Source: a virus. From it: DNA of 64,000 bases. Below, piece by piece: positions 18,173 to 27,960 of the stretch. The stretch lies in the IMG/VR virus record IMGVR_UViG_3300021957_003133, positions 1 through 64,000 of that record; one strand, written 5' to 3'. A program made the position numbers and the translations under genes. The notes under the pieces were generated by a model. It did no database searches, was not told where the DNA came from, and saw nothing but the letters and a program-made list of their open reading frames with translations. Every line of letters starts with the position of its first letter. The first letter of the stretch is position 1.

Positions 18173-18798
18173 CGTGTTAAACTTATCTTAGTGATAAGAT
18201 TTTTTTTGTCATGTAGTATTTGATCAAACACAGGGATTAGGTCTTCAGTTTGCATATGAGACATTTGATCGTACAAGTCGTTGACTTTATCTTCCGGTAC
18301 ATTACCTCGATTACGATTAAAGTTTGTTTTAGTTAGTCCAGGATGCATTATTGTAAATCCTATGTTTTTATCTCGTAATTCGTATGATATAGTACTCATA
18401 AATGCGTCTAAACCGTGTTTACTTGTTCCATATACGCCGTATCCAGGATGGTACCCATCAACCACTTGACTACCTAATACAATGACTTTACTCCAAGGTT
18501 TAAACATACGTTGCTGTATATACTTGTGTATTAAAATAATATTGCTAGTAAGATTTACTGTCACAGTGTTGATAAAATCTGCAGATTTCATTGTAACAAA
18601 AGGAGCTCTTCCATTGGTATCTACACCAGCACATAATATTAAGTAGTCATAGGATTTAAAATCTACTGTGCTAATGTCCAAGTTTGCGAGATCTAATTCT
18701 TGTCGTGTTGGAGCAGTAACTTGGTAAGCATTACTTTCTAAGTGTTGTTTGAACTGTTTGCCAATGCCTGAACTACCACCTGTCAAAAATACATTCAT
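18169..18798 (-). CDS. Short-chain dehydrogenase/reductase
   Basis: TGGSSGIG, CAG, catalytic YGTSK, PGLTKT. Confidence 0.92.
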   Translation of the reverse strand: MNVFLTGGSSGIGKQFKQHLESNAYQVTAPTRQELDLANLDISTVDFKSYDYLILCAGVDTNGRAPFVTMKSADFINTVTVNLTSNIILIHKYIQQRMFKPWSKVIVLGSQVVDGYHPGYGVYGTSKHGLDAFMSTISYELRDKNIGFTIMHPGLTKTNFNRNRGNVPEDKVNDLYDQMSHMQTEDLIPVFDQILHDKKNLITKISLTR

Positions 18799-20567
18799 TA
18801 GGCTAGCTCTACATCAGTGTCATACATAGTAAATCCGTTTTCTTTGACTACTGTCATAATGTTATTTACACGACCTGCCAATTCGTCTCTATGCGATACT
18901 AACCAAATCGATTTGTTATTCTCTCGAGCCATTTTCTTAAGTATACTCATAGCACTTTCGACACCACTAGCATCCATGCCTGAGTCAACTAATTCATCAA
19001 TGAACAACAAGTTGATTGGCTGATATAAACTTTCCCACACATCACGGAATGCCCAACTTAAACTTAATATCAATCTATTACGTTCGCCCCTTGACAGATT
19101 GTCAAAGTCTAAATCTCTACCTAGTTCGGTAATCTCAACAGTTAGATCATTCAGGAAGGTAACTGAATGGGGGAGACCTATACGATCAAGATACTGTCCT
19201 AGGCGAGCATTTAGATAACTCAAGTTCTGATCAATGATTCTCTTACGTACAAAACTATCTTTGTTTGTCAACAGTTTATACAAGAAGTCCTGATGCTCTT
19301 GCATACGTTGATATTCATTGATTTTATCATAATTAATTTCTTCTGCAGTCATATCTTCCATTTCTGCAATCTGTTCAACATAAGGATCTTCCTCTTTGGC
19401 TTTGCTAGTTAGCTGTGTTTCTAAGTTGGCCACGGAACTTCTATGATGGATAGCATCTTCGTGCTTAGGATAAAATGTTTTAGGTTTCTCTCCTAACTCA
19501 CCTAACTCAACCAACGCAGTTTCTAATTCCTCAAGTTCACCTTGATGTTTTTTATGCAGTGTGTCAGCTTCAGTGAAGCTATCTTGTTTACCTTGTAATA
19601 CTTCTTCGTGTTTTTCATCATGTAGTTCTTGCCCACATGCATAACATTTGTGTTCTCGTAACTGATCTATTTCACTTTGTAGTTTTTGCAGATTATTGTC
19701 TTCTCTCGCAACATCTTTCTTAATACGTACTGTTAAATTTGCAATTTCTGCAATTTCTGTTTCTTTTTTTGCATATTCTGCAAGATCTTTGTGTTGTTCA
19801 ATTTCACTATCAATATCAATTTTTAATAGTTCATCTAGTGCAGACTGTAACTCCTCTATTCCTTCCTGATGTTTTTTCTGCCATAACTGCTGTCTACGTT
19901 TTAGACTGTCAACTTGGCTTTGCATTTTGCTATTTGTTTCTTGTATACCTTTGATTTTATATTCTTCTTCTTTGATTAAATCACGTATACGTTTTTGTTC
20001 TTCTTTAAGACTTTCTGCTTTTTCACTCAGTACAGTGATACCTAATAATTGTTCGATTATAGCACGCTGATCGTTGGGTTTCAGTGAAAGGAAAGGCTCA
20101 GTATATGTGTTTAGTGCAACAACATGCTTGAACATTTCATGTTTCATGTTAAGCAGACGCTCAATCTCTGCTTGTGTTTCACGACTATCGCCTTGAGCAC
20201 TATCCTCTTGTTCTTGTTCTTCACCGCCTACATAAAACTTTAACACATTCTTTTTACGTCCACGTTCAATCTTATAGTCAACGCCATTGTGTTCAAAATC
20301 AACAGTGACTAACATAGCTTTGCCATTTGTTTTATTAACTAGGTTATCGCGTCTGATATTAGTTAATGCTACACCATAGAAAGCATATGAAAGGGCATTA
20401 ATGATAGTGGTCTTACCAGTTCCGTTACGGGCGCCACTATCATCGCCTCCGAGGTCTATATTCTTTCCTAATACCAATGTGAGGTCATCGCGGTCAAACG
20501 CCACTGCTTGTGTTGAATTACCAACACTCATAAAGTTTTTAACTGTTAAGTTCTTTATTTTAAACAT
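18798..20567 (-). CDS. gp46: Recombination endonuclease ATPase subunit (gp46/SbcC/Rad50)
   Basis: Walker A RNGTGKTT, coiled coils, zinc hook CYAC, signature LSRGE, Walker B FIDE. Confidence 0.95.
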   Translation of the reverse strand: MFKIKNLTVKNFMSVGNSTQAVAFDRDDLTLVLGKNIDLGGDDSGARNGTGKTTIINALSYAFYGVALTNIRRDNLVNKTNGKAMLVTVDFEHNGVDYKIERGRKKNVLKFYVGGEEQEQEDSAQGDSRETQAEIERLLNMKHEMFKHVVALNTYTEPFLSLKPNDQRAIIEQLLGITVLSEKAESLKEEQKRIRDLIKEEEYKIKGIQETNSKMQSQVDSLKRRQQLWQKKHQEGIEELQSALDELLKIDIDSEIEQHKDLAEYAKKETEIAEIANLTVRIKKDVAREDNNLQKLQSEIDQLREHKCYACGQELHDEKHEEVLQGKQDSFTEADTLHKKHQGELEELETALVELGELGEKPKTFYPKHEDAIHHRSSVANLETQLTSKAKEEDPYVEQIAEMEDMTAEEINYDKINEYQRMQEHQDFLYKLLTNKDSFVRKRIIDQNLSYLNARLGQYLDRIGLPHSVTFLNDLTVEITELGRDLDFDNLSRGERNRLILSLSWAFRDVWESLYQPINLLFIDELVDSGMDASGVESAMSILKKMARENNKSIWLVSHRDELAGRVNNIMTVVKENGFTMYDTDVELA

Positions 20568-22092
20568 ATGATCTTAATTCTTTAAACTCAGGAAACATTT
20601 CAACAAAATTCTCGTTACGATACTGATCTTTCTCATCATTTAACCTAAAGAACTCTTTAAGCAAATGGCTTTGATTACTGCTGTTCATATATTGTAACAC
20701 ATCTTGCCACTGGGTTACAAGTTTTTCACTACCAGAAATACTTGTTAACCAATTAATGTGATCTGTTATTGTTTTGGTTGCTTGCTGTTTAAATACGTCA
20801 GGTAAGACTCTTAGATCAAAGTTGCTAGGACTAACGAGTGTGTTAATGATTAGCCTTGATGGGTCTAGTTTTTTATCTAGTATCCACTGTTTTTGTAGTT
20901 GCGGTAAATTAAAAATGTTTAACATATGAACAGTACTAAGAATACTAAAATCAACGATATTTTTTATTTTTTCGTAGTTTTGTTCTATCTCTTGGTATAC
21001 GGATCCACCACGAACGTATCCAGCCTGTGCTCCTATTAGATCTATACTAGCCCAAACCTCAACGTTAGAAAATTGTTTCCAGTAGTCTATCACATTGTGA
21101 TTTTTATACGTTACCTTGGTTAAATTTGTTGAATAAAGTAACTTAATATCTGTTCTGTTCCGTGACAATAATAAATCTAGTATTTGATAGTGTTCTCTCA
21201 TCAACAAAGGCTCGCCACCAGCAAAATATATTTGATCTAAATAATCTAGGTTGTCTCTAACATAATCAATAGTCTTAGAAATCTCTGCTGAGTTTAGTTT
21301 TAGTTCAACGTATCTGTCGTCATTATATATTTTCTTTTCTTCCTGTGCTATTTTACTGCTATACTTTCCGCTACACATCCTACACATTAGATTACATACA
21401 TTTGACGCACGAAAGTCTAGGTATCTAAACTTAAAATCCTCAAATGTTCCGTCCTCAAGTGTTTGCTCAACCAAGGGCAAGTATTTTTCAAAGACCTCGT
21501 TTGATCGTTGACGTTGAGATTTTATTTTTGAATCTTCTTTATGCCAACAGATTGAACAGGCATCGGGTCTTTCACCTTGTAGCATCTGCTGTCTGATCAG
21601 TTTCATTGGCTTACTGTTTGCAATGTCTGATAAATTGTCATTCTTGATTGAGCCAATATGGTATGCTTCGTCTGATGCACAACAAAGTCCTACACTACCT
21701 TGAGAATTAATATACATATGTACCCAAGGCAAAACACACACAGTGTCTTTGTTGACTGCGGTGTAGGTCTTTTCAAAGTTGCCCTCAATAATGAGATATG
21801 ACAATGCTTTATCGTGTGGGCAATACAAGTCTTTAATTTTTTCTAGCACTGTTTTTATTTCTTTATCTGTAGTTTCAACTGTTACAAAAAAATTAGGAAT
21901 ATCCAATGACGACAAAATCTCTTGTAGTTTTAAAACTGCTATTCCTGGTGATGTTGCTGTGTTAAATTGATCTGAGGTATATTGAATAGTTAATTTAAAG
22001 TCACTAGGCATTGGTTCTTTCTTCAAATCTTTTATTTGGTTGTATAACCAGACTTCACCCTTTGAGAAGTAATCGTCGAGATTAATGATCAT
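20560..22092 (-). CDS. N-terminal-twitch radical SAM protein with an extra N-terminal domain
   Basis: CVLPW...LCC...CSIC, then CNLMCRMC and FAGGEP. Confidence 0.9.
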   Translation of the reverse strand: MIINLDDYFSKGEVWLYNQIKDLKKEPMPSDFKLTIQYTSDQFNTATSPGIAVLKLQEILSSLDIPNFFVTVETTDKEIKTVLEKIKDLYCPHDKALSYLIIEGNFEKTYTAVNKDTVCVLPWVHMYINSQGSVGLCCASDEAYHIGSIKNDNLSDIANSKPMKLIRQQMLQGERPDACSICWHKEDSKIKSQRQRSNEVFEKYLPLVEQTLEDGTFEDFKFRYLDFRASNVCNLMCRMCSGKYSSKIAQEEKKIYNDDRYVELKLNSAEISKTIDYVRDNLDYLDQIYFAGGEPLLMREHYQILDLLLSRNRTDIKLLYSTNLTKVTYKNHNVIDYWKQFSNVEVWASIDLIGAQAGYVRGGSVYQEIEQNYEKIKNIVDFSILSTVHMLNIFNLPQLQKQWILDKKLDPSRLIINTLVSPSNFDLRVLPDVFKQQATKTITDHINWLTSISGSEKLVTQWQDVLQYMNSSNQSHLLKEFFRLNDEKDQYRNENFVEMFPEFKELRSYV

Positions 22093-23105
22093 AAATTCCT
22101 ATAGATGTCTAACAATAGATTAGGATCATATGTATCGCTTTCTATGCTGGTTAATTGATTTGTTACGATAGTGTCTATAGACTCAAATGCTATGTTACCA
22201 AGCTGGATATCTTCGCCCATAGTAACTTCTTTGACTGGTAATAAACTTAGCTCTCTTAATTTGTACGTGTTAACAAATGTTTCTTTAATAAATGTTGCTT
22301 CTTCATATGAAATATCAATATCTAATTTAACACGACAATGCATACCTGGCTGTAGTAAATCTTCTGGCTTTTTAAGTACAGCACTTAGATCATAAACTCT
22401 ATATCTAGGTTGATCCGGCCATGCATGATGTACTGGTTTCTCTCCCCAAGCTAACACAGCCATACCTCTGTCATCATCTCCAGCATCTGCATAATTATGA
22501 GGAAAGCAGTTACCAACATAGGTAATGTTTTTGTTAGTTTGACGTTTGTGGAAATGCCCACTAAACATGTGCCCAACACCTTTGAAATGATCTCTTGATA
22601 TCTCCCCTACATCAGGCATTTGCACCATAGCATTCATATAAAAGCTAGGAAGTTCAAAGTGCCCAAACATATATTCAGCATCAATCTTTTGTACTTTCTT
22701 ATGATCATCGCCTACTAACCAAGGAACAAATGATACTCCACCTTCCTTGTAAAAGTCGTTGACTATTTCAATGTTCGGAATATGTCTCGCCCACTCTGCT
22801 GACTGTATGTCACGTTTATCTCTGTAGTACAAGTCATGATTACCAGGAATAAAGAACACACGATCAAATGCTTTACCTAACAGTTCAAGTGCCTGTAAGC
22901 TATAGTTTAATGTAACGATATTGATTGCGGCTCTGTTGTTGTGCCAGTCGCCCAGCATCAGACAAGTTTCACAACCTTCTTCTTTAGCTTTGGTAATAAA
23001 CCATTTTACAAAGTTCAAACAATCTTCGTTATGAGTCGTTGAGTTAGACTTTAACCCAAAGTGAATGTCTGTTAGAATTGCCGCTTTTTTAAATAGATTT
23101 GCCAT
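22089..23105 (-). CDS. gp47: Recombination endonuclease nuclease subunit (gp47/SbcD/Mre11)
   Basis: TDIHFG, LGD, GNHD, GHFE, SGHFH metallophosphoesterase motifs. Confidence 0.95.
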   Translation of the reverse strand: MANLFKKAAILTDIHFGLKSNSTTHNEDCLNFVKWFITKAKEEGCETCLMLGDWHNNRAAINIVTLNYSLQALELLGKAFDRVFFIPGNHDLYYRDKRDIQSAEWARHIPNIEIVNDFYKEGGVSFVPWLVGDDHKKVQKIDAEYMFGHFELPSFYMNAMVQMPDVGEISRDHFKGVGHMFSGHFHKRQTNKNITYVGNCFPHNYADAGDDDRGMAVLAWGEKPVHHAWPDQPRYRVYDLSAVLKKPEDLLQPGMHCRVKLDIDISYEEATFIKETFVNTYKLRELSLLPVKEVTMGEDIQLGNIAFESIDTIVTNQLTSIESDTYDPNLLLDIYRNL

Positions 23106-23111
23106 ACATAT

Positions 23112-23140
23112 ATTATACCTTATTATTGACTAAGTGTCTA
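23112..23140 (-). promoter_or_regulatory. Sigma70-type promoter of gp47 (leaderless arrangement)
   Basis: TAGACA-17 nt-TATAAT, ATG 6 nt downstream, no SD sequence. Confidence 0.65.
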
Positions 23141-23158
23141 GCTGTTTGGTAATATATG

Positions 23159-24031
23159 TTATTCTTCGGCTCCGCCACCACCCCAGTTGTTTAGTCTGGT
23201 ATAACTAGGAGTAAAGTCGTTCATTTCTAATATGTCATCACGGATATTTTGATTTCGTTTTTCTATGTTAAGCACACGAGTAAACGAGTTAGTAATGGCC
23301 GCTGTGTAATAGGCAAACGGATTCTGACTTTTTGATTCGTCGAACTGTAAGCCAATTTGGCTTAACTGCAACAAAGCTTGACTACGCATCTCGTCGTTGT
23401 AGGTATAACCACGCCAGTTTGATCTAGTAGCATAACGCTCGCACAGTTTAATAAACATGTGTGCTAGTTTAGGTGTCATTGCTCCATGTTCTTTGTTAAA
23501 CTTACCTTTTTCTATAGTGCCTTTCCAATGACTTTTACCTGTGATATAAGGTTCCGAATCTTCATTGACACAGTAATGAAAGAAAGGAGGAAAGTTTACC
23601 TTGACATACTTGGTTGCTCCTTTGGCTTTTGACGGGTCATCATCATATTCTGTTGTTATAGCATCATCCTCAGCTTCGTCTATTGCTTTTTGATCTGCTT
23701 TAGCCTGTTTAACATCGTCAATTGGAATGTGCTCAAAAGTCATAACTCGAAACACGATGTCAGTTATTGGGATATCTTTAGTGGGTGTTAGTACTTCATC
23801 CATTTTCTTTTTGACACCCTCTAGTGCAAACTTTTCTATTTCTAATTTAGCCAACCTTTCTGCACGCATTTTCCTTGCTTCAGCAATGGTTTTCTTAGTA
23901 ATAGCATTTACATCCAACAGTATCATGTCATAGCTAGTAACTTCGGGCTTTACAAAGCTACAGTATGTGAGCTTACTCTTGTGAATTTCTTTTAGTATAT
24001 CTTTATTATTTAGATAATTAACTTTTCTCAT
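23159..24031 (-). CDS. gp55: Late-transcription sigma factor (gp55-like)
   Basis: NYLNNKD, NWRGYTYNDEM, FDESKSQNPFAYYT motifs; longer than T4 gp55 because of a central insertion. Confidence 0.88.
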   Translation of the reverse strand: MRKVNYLNNKDILKEIHKSKLTYCSFVKPEVTSYDMILLDVNAITKKTIAEARKMRAERLAKLEIEKFALEGVKKKMDEVLTPTKDIPITDIVFRVMTFEHIPIDDVKQAKADQKAIDEAEDDAITTEYDDDPSKAKGATKYVKVNFPPFFHYCVNEDSEPYITGKSHWKGTIEKGKFNKEHGAMTPKLAHMFIKLCERYATRSNWRGYTYNDEMRSQALLQLSQIGLQFDESKSQNPFAYYTAAITNSFTRVLNIEKRNQNIRDDILEMNDFTPSYTRLNNWGGGGAEE

Positions 24032-24059
24032 TTATTAAGGTTCCTTTTAAACTACTACT

Positions 24060-24088
24060 ATTATAATGTCAATAAATACATAAAACAA
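24060..24088 (-). promoter_or_regulatory. Sigma70-type promoter of gp55
   Basis: TTGTTT-17 nt-TATAAT upstream of an AAGGA RBS. Confidence 0.5.
24071..24078 (+). promoter_or_regulatory. Late promoter (AATAAATA) of the baseplate operon
   Basis: Upstream of a GAGG RBS and ATG 24104. Confidence 0.7.
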
Positions 24089-24103
24089 GAGGTATTTTAT
24101 ATT

Positions 24104-25117
24104 ATGGCATTACCAGACTTTTCTAAAATTAATAAATCCGGAACTGCGTTCGGAGTTAACCAAGCTCCTACACCGTACCAAGAAGGATCAGGTACAGCGT
24201 TCGATATATTAGATCCTGCCAATGCTCGACGAGCTATTTCAGGATTACTACCTGACGGATTAAATGGTTTGTCGAAACTAATTCCTAACATAGGATTTAC
24301 TGGTGGTGATCCAGGTGGCAGTGCCGCGGCCGCAGGTGAAGATGATTGGCGTGTTCGACTAAGTCTAGCTGACAATGCTAACATATTTTATAAAGCCTCA
24401 AATCAAAATTCAATAATGGCTCCTTTAATTGAAACTAATGGAGTTATATGGCCGTATACACCAACCATCCAAGTAAGTCACACAGCCAACTATTCAACAT
24501 CCGTGCTTACACATAGTAATTATTCCGCACACTTCTACAACAACTCAGATGTGAGTGACATCTCAGTGACAGGAGACTTTACTGTACAGAGTGTGGACGA
24601 AGGACAGTATTTAATGGCCGCGATATATTTCCTAAGATCAGCAACCAAAATGTTCTTTGGTCAGGGTGCCAACGTTGGTAATCCACCGCCGGTGCTATAC
24701 TTAGATGGATATGGTAGTCATTATTTCCCACACGTACCTTGTGTGATAACAAACTTTACACATAACCTTGCCAACGACGTTGACTATATACAAGTTCCAA
24801 TAACGCAGACCACGTTAGAAGATATAGGAACAACAACAGCGGCTGATAATCCAAATAGTGGTGTTAACTATCTTGACAATGAAGGTATGAAATATGTTCC
24901 TGACTTAGGTCGTGGTACCAGCAACAAAGGAGCAAGACAGTCGCAGAAATTTAACAGTATAACATCAACTACTAGAGTGCCAACAGCTAGTACGGTAACA
25001 GTAACATTGAGACCAGTATACAGCAGAGCTAACCTACATAACAACTTTAATCTTAATGATTTTTCACAAGGATTATTGGTTGGTAATAAGAAGAAAGGGT
25101 TTGGAGGATTCTTATAA
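24104..25117 (+). CDS. Baseplate/tail-tube-initiator-like protein
   Basis: 337 aa; WPYTPTI, GNPPPVLYL..YG, PCVITNF motifs as in contractile-tail tube initiators; first gene of the baseplate operon. Confidence 0.6.
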   Translation: MALPDFSKINKSGTAFGVNQAPTPYQEGSGTAFDILDPANARRAISGLLPDGLNGLSKLIPNIGFTGGDPGGSAAAAGEDDWRVRLSLADNANIFYKASNQNSIMAPLIETNGVIWPYTPTIQVSHTANYSTSVLTHSNYSAHFYNNSDVSDISVTGDFTVQSVDEGQYLMAAIYFLRSATKMFFGQGANVGNPPPVLYLDGYGSHYFPHVPCVITNFTHNLANDVDYIQVPITQTTLEDIGTTTAADNPNSGVNYLDNEGMKYVPDLGRGTSNKGARQSQKFNSITSTTRVPTASTVTVTLRPVYSRANLHNNFNLNDFSQGLLVGNKKKGFGGFL

Positions 25118-25422
25118 TGCCTGCGGCAAATTACAAAAAAACTAGCCCATATACGGATACTGAAGTTTACTCATTCTTTTTAGATGTAGCAAACATTCCT
25201 GATATACCTAAAGACCCTAGTGATGTACAATACGAAATTGATAATATCTATCAACATAGACCCGACTTACTGGCCTATGACTTGTATGGTGATAGTTCTC
25301 TTTGGTGGACTTTTTCTATTAGAAATCCTAACATATTACAAGATCCAATATATGACTTCTTGCCAGGAGCAAAGATATACATTCCAAAAAAGGAAACTCT
25401 GACTACAGCGTTAGGGTTATAA
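25117..25422 (+). CDS. gp53: Baseplate wedge LysM-like protein (gp53-like)
   Basis: RPDLLAYDLYGDSSLWW...N...G.KIYIP. Confidence 0.8.
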   Translation: MPAANYKKTSPYTDTEVYSFFLDVANIPDIPKDPSDVQYEIDNIYQHRPDLLAYDLYGDSSLWWTFSIRNPNILQDPIYDFLPGAKIYIPKKETLTTALGL

Positions 25423-25425
25423 AAA

Positions 25426-27957
25426 ATGGCATTTAGAACAGCCGACGAAAATTTAAAAAATAATATTTCTCCACTGCTAACAACGGAAGAGAAACTAGAC
25501 TTCACCGACGAAGACAATCTAAATAGAGAAACAGGTCCCGATCAAGGTGTGGAGCCGGCTGTTTCGACTGCTGTTGAACCAGAACCTGAAATTGTAAGTA
25601 ATCCTTTAGGCACTATCAAGCTTGACTCAATTGACGTTAAGGAAAATTACGCCTCAGAGAATCCAGATGTAGACATATCAAAACCAATACCAAATCCCTT
25701 GCATGAATTTGCTAGCTATACCTATGGGCTAAGCCTAGCATTAATGACAGCAGAAGAATACAACAATCTCGTAAAAAATGGATTTAACGCCAATTACACT
25801 CCTAATAGAGTATTGATAGCAAGTGCTGGTAGACACAACAACGAAGTAGGAACAGATAGAGAATTTATACGTGCACCATATTTTGAAGATGATTTTTATT
25901 TTGATGGATTTGATTTAGAAACTGTTATAGGATTAAATGCACAAAGTAGAAACAGTAATGCTGTACATTATAATTTTACACTGATAGAACCATACGGATT
26001 TACATTGATAGATAGAATTGTCAGTCTGACAGATGACCTCGGTGTTGCAAACTATTTAGATATGCCTTATATGTTGCAGATTGATTTCTTTGGTATAGAC
26101 GATACTGGCAAGATTACTGGATTAATACCCGACACAACTAAAAGAGTACCTATTAGATTAAACAAGATGGATGTGGGTATCACACAAAAAGGAGCAGAGT
26201 ATAAGATAGAGGGAGTTCCTTACTGCCATTCAGCATACGATCTTAGTACTGTTACTACTCCTGCAAATTTTGAAGTCAAAGCAAAAACTGTAGCAGAGTT
26301 TTTCAGCAGTAATACCCCTTCTTCAGAAACTAAAACAGCACAAACCGAAAGACAAACAACACCCGATGGCCAATTTTTTAATACTGATAATGTACCTAAC
26401 AGTCTTTTGGGTACACAAAGTAAAATAGATTTTGGATTAGTTAACAGCTACGGTACAGCATTAAACAGTTGGCAGAAAGCGGCGGCTGATGCAGGGAAAA
26501 TTGGCAAAAAAGATGTATATCTTTTTAATTTCTTAGACGATGAAATAGCTAACAGTCTGTTCACGGATCAAGATATATCAAGCCCAAAAGATACAGGTAT
26601 GTCTCAGATAGGGTCAGTAAAAAATTCTATTTACAAATCAAACACTGGACAAAACACAAGTGATTATGATGCTAATTTTAGAATATTCCAAGTAAACGCA
26701 GGAACCTACATAGATAGAGTTATAGCTTGGGTAATACGTAATTCAAAATGGATGACCAATCAGATCGTGATTCCGGATGGTAAGGATGCAAAAACTTATC
26801 TAGAACAGCAAGCAAAGCTAAAAAATCAAACATTCTATTGGTTTAAGATTACTACAAGTATCAAATTACTTGAGTTTGACCAAACAAGAAAGATTTGGTC
26901 TAGAGAAATAACATATAACATACAAAAATACGAAATAAAAAACGCCAAGTCAGATCAGGTAGGGCAAGCTCAAGTAAAAAATCCAGTAAAGGCTTATAAT
27001 TATATCTATACTGGAAAAAATGATGATATCTTAGACATCGATATAAAATTTAATGCTCTCTACTACAATGCACTTACGATTTATAAAACCCATTTGTCTA
27101 GCGTAGTTCGCCCGGCAGATATCAACGAAACAAAGGCTAAAGATAATCCAAGCAACTATAAAGGGCAAAATCAAGATCCTAATGCTATAATGCCAATGGT
27201 AATGAAACCAACGACTTATAACTCGGGCTCAACAAACAGCTCTGGATCAACAACAGCTGAACAGTTAGCCAAAGCCGATATTGAAGAAAGCTTAATGACC
27301 ATGGCCCAAGCTGATATGTTGAACATTGAGTTAGACATCATTGGAGATCCTACCTTTATTAAACAAGACGAAATATTCTGGACTCCAGCTATAGCAAGTG
27401 AATATGCTAACGAAGACCCTAGATTAACATATGACGGCAGTTTAAAAATGGACAAAGGCGAAGTATATGTTAGCCTTATATTCCGTACTCCTACTGACAG
27501 AGATGATGAAACAGGACTAATGAAATTCGACAGCAAATACCAAAGGAGTTTGTTCTCTGGAATATATCGTGTATTAACAGTAACAAACAAATTTAGATCA
27601 GGACAATTTACACAAACCCTTAGTTTGGTTAGAGTACCTAAACAACTAAATTTTGATTACGCTGATAATAAAAAATCAACAAGCAACGAAAGAGAAAGTA
27701 CAGTACCAGGTGAACAAGCTATAGTTGAAGATTATAATCTGTCTCCATACAACATTCCCCAAACAACAACAGGGAATCTTGCACAAGCGGTAGATGAAGG
27801 ACCAGCGGCACAGAGTCGTAATCTTTCACCATTGGAACCAGCATTGCTAGGTCCAGATCAACAGGCATTACGGGGAGTAAATGAAACGGCTACTACAGAA
27901 CCAATGACTGACCAAAACGAACCAGCAACAGTTAACCCATTTAGGGGAGTGCAGTAA
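25426..27957 (+). CDS. Baseplate hub protein (gp27-like)
   Basis: 843 aa between the gp53-like and gp5-like genes; LDIIGDP and SGIYRVLTVTNKF.SGQFTQTL motifs typical of hub proteins. Confidence 0.6.
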   Translation: MAFRTADENLKNNISPLLTTEEKLDFTDEDNLNRETGPDQGVEPAVSTAVEPEPEIVSNPLGTIKLDSIDVKENYASENPDVDISKPIPNPLHEFASYTYGLSLALMTAEEYNNLVKNGFNANYTPNRVLIASAGRHNNEVGTDREFIRAPYFEDDFYFDGFDLETVIGLNAQSRNSNAVHYNFTLIEPYGFTLIDRIVSLTDDLGVANYLDMPYMLQIDFFGIDDTGKITGLIPDTTKRVPIRLNKMDVGITQKGAEYKIEGVPYCHSAYDLSTVTTPANFEVKAKTVAEFFSSNTPSSETKTAQTERQTTPDGQFFNTDNVPNSLLGTQSKIDFGLVNSYGTALNSWQKAAADAGKIGKKDVYLFNFLDDEIANSLFTDQDISSPKDTGMSQIGSVKNSIYKSNTGQNTSDYDANFRIFQVNAGTYIDRVIAWVIRNSKWMTNQIVIPDGKDAKTYLEQQAKLKNQTFYWFKITTSIKLLEFDQTRKIWSREITYNIQKYEIKNAKSDQVGQAQVKNPVKAYNYIYTGKNDDILDIDIKFNALYYNALTIYKTHLSSVVRPADINETKAKDNPSNYKGQNQDPNAIMPMVMKPTTYNSGSTNSSGSTTAEQLAKADIEESLMTMAQADMLNIELDIIGDPTFIKQDEIFWTPAIASEYANEDPRLTYDGSLKMDKGEVYVSLIFRTPTDRDDETGLMKFDSKYQRSLFSGIYRVLTVTNKFRSGQFTQTLSLVRVPKQLNFDYADNKKSTSNERESTVPGEQAIVEDYNLSPYNIPQTTTGNLAQAVDEGPAAQSRNLSPLEPALLGPDQQALRGVNETATTEPMTDQNEPATVNPFRGVQ

Positions 27958-27960
27958 TCA

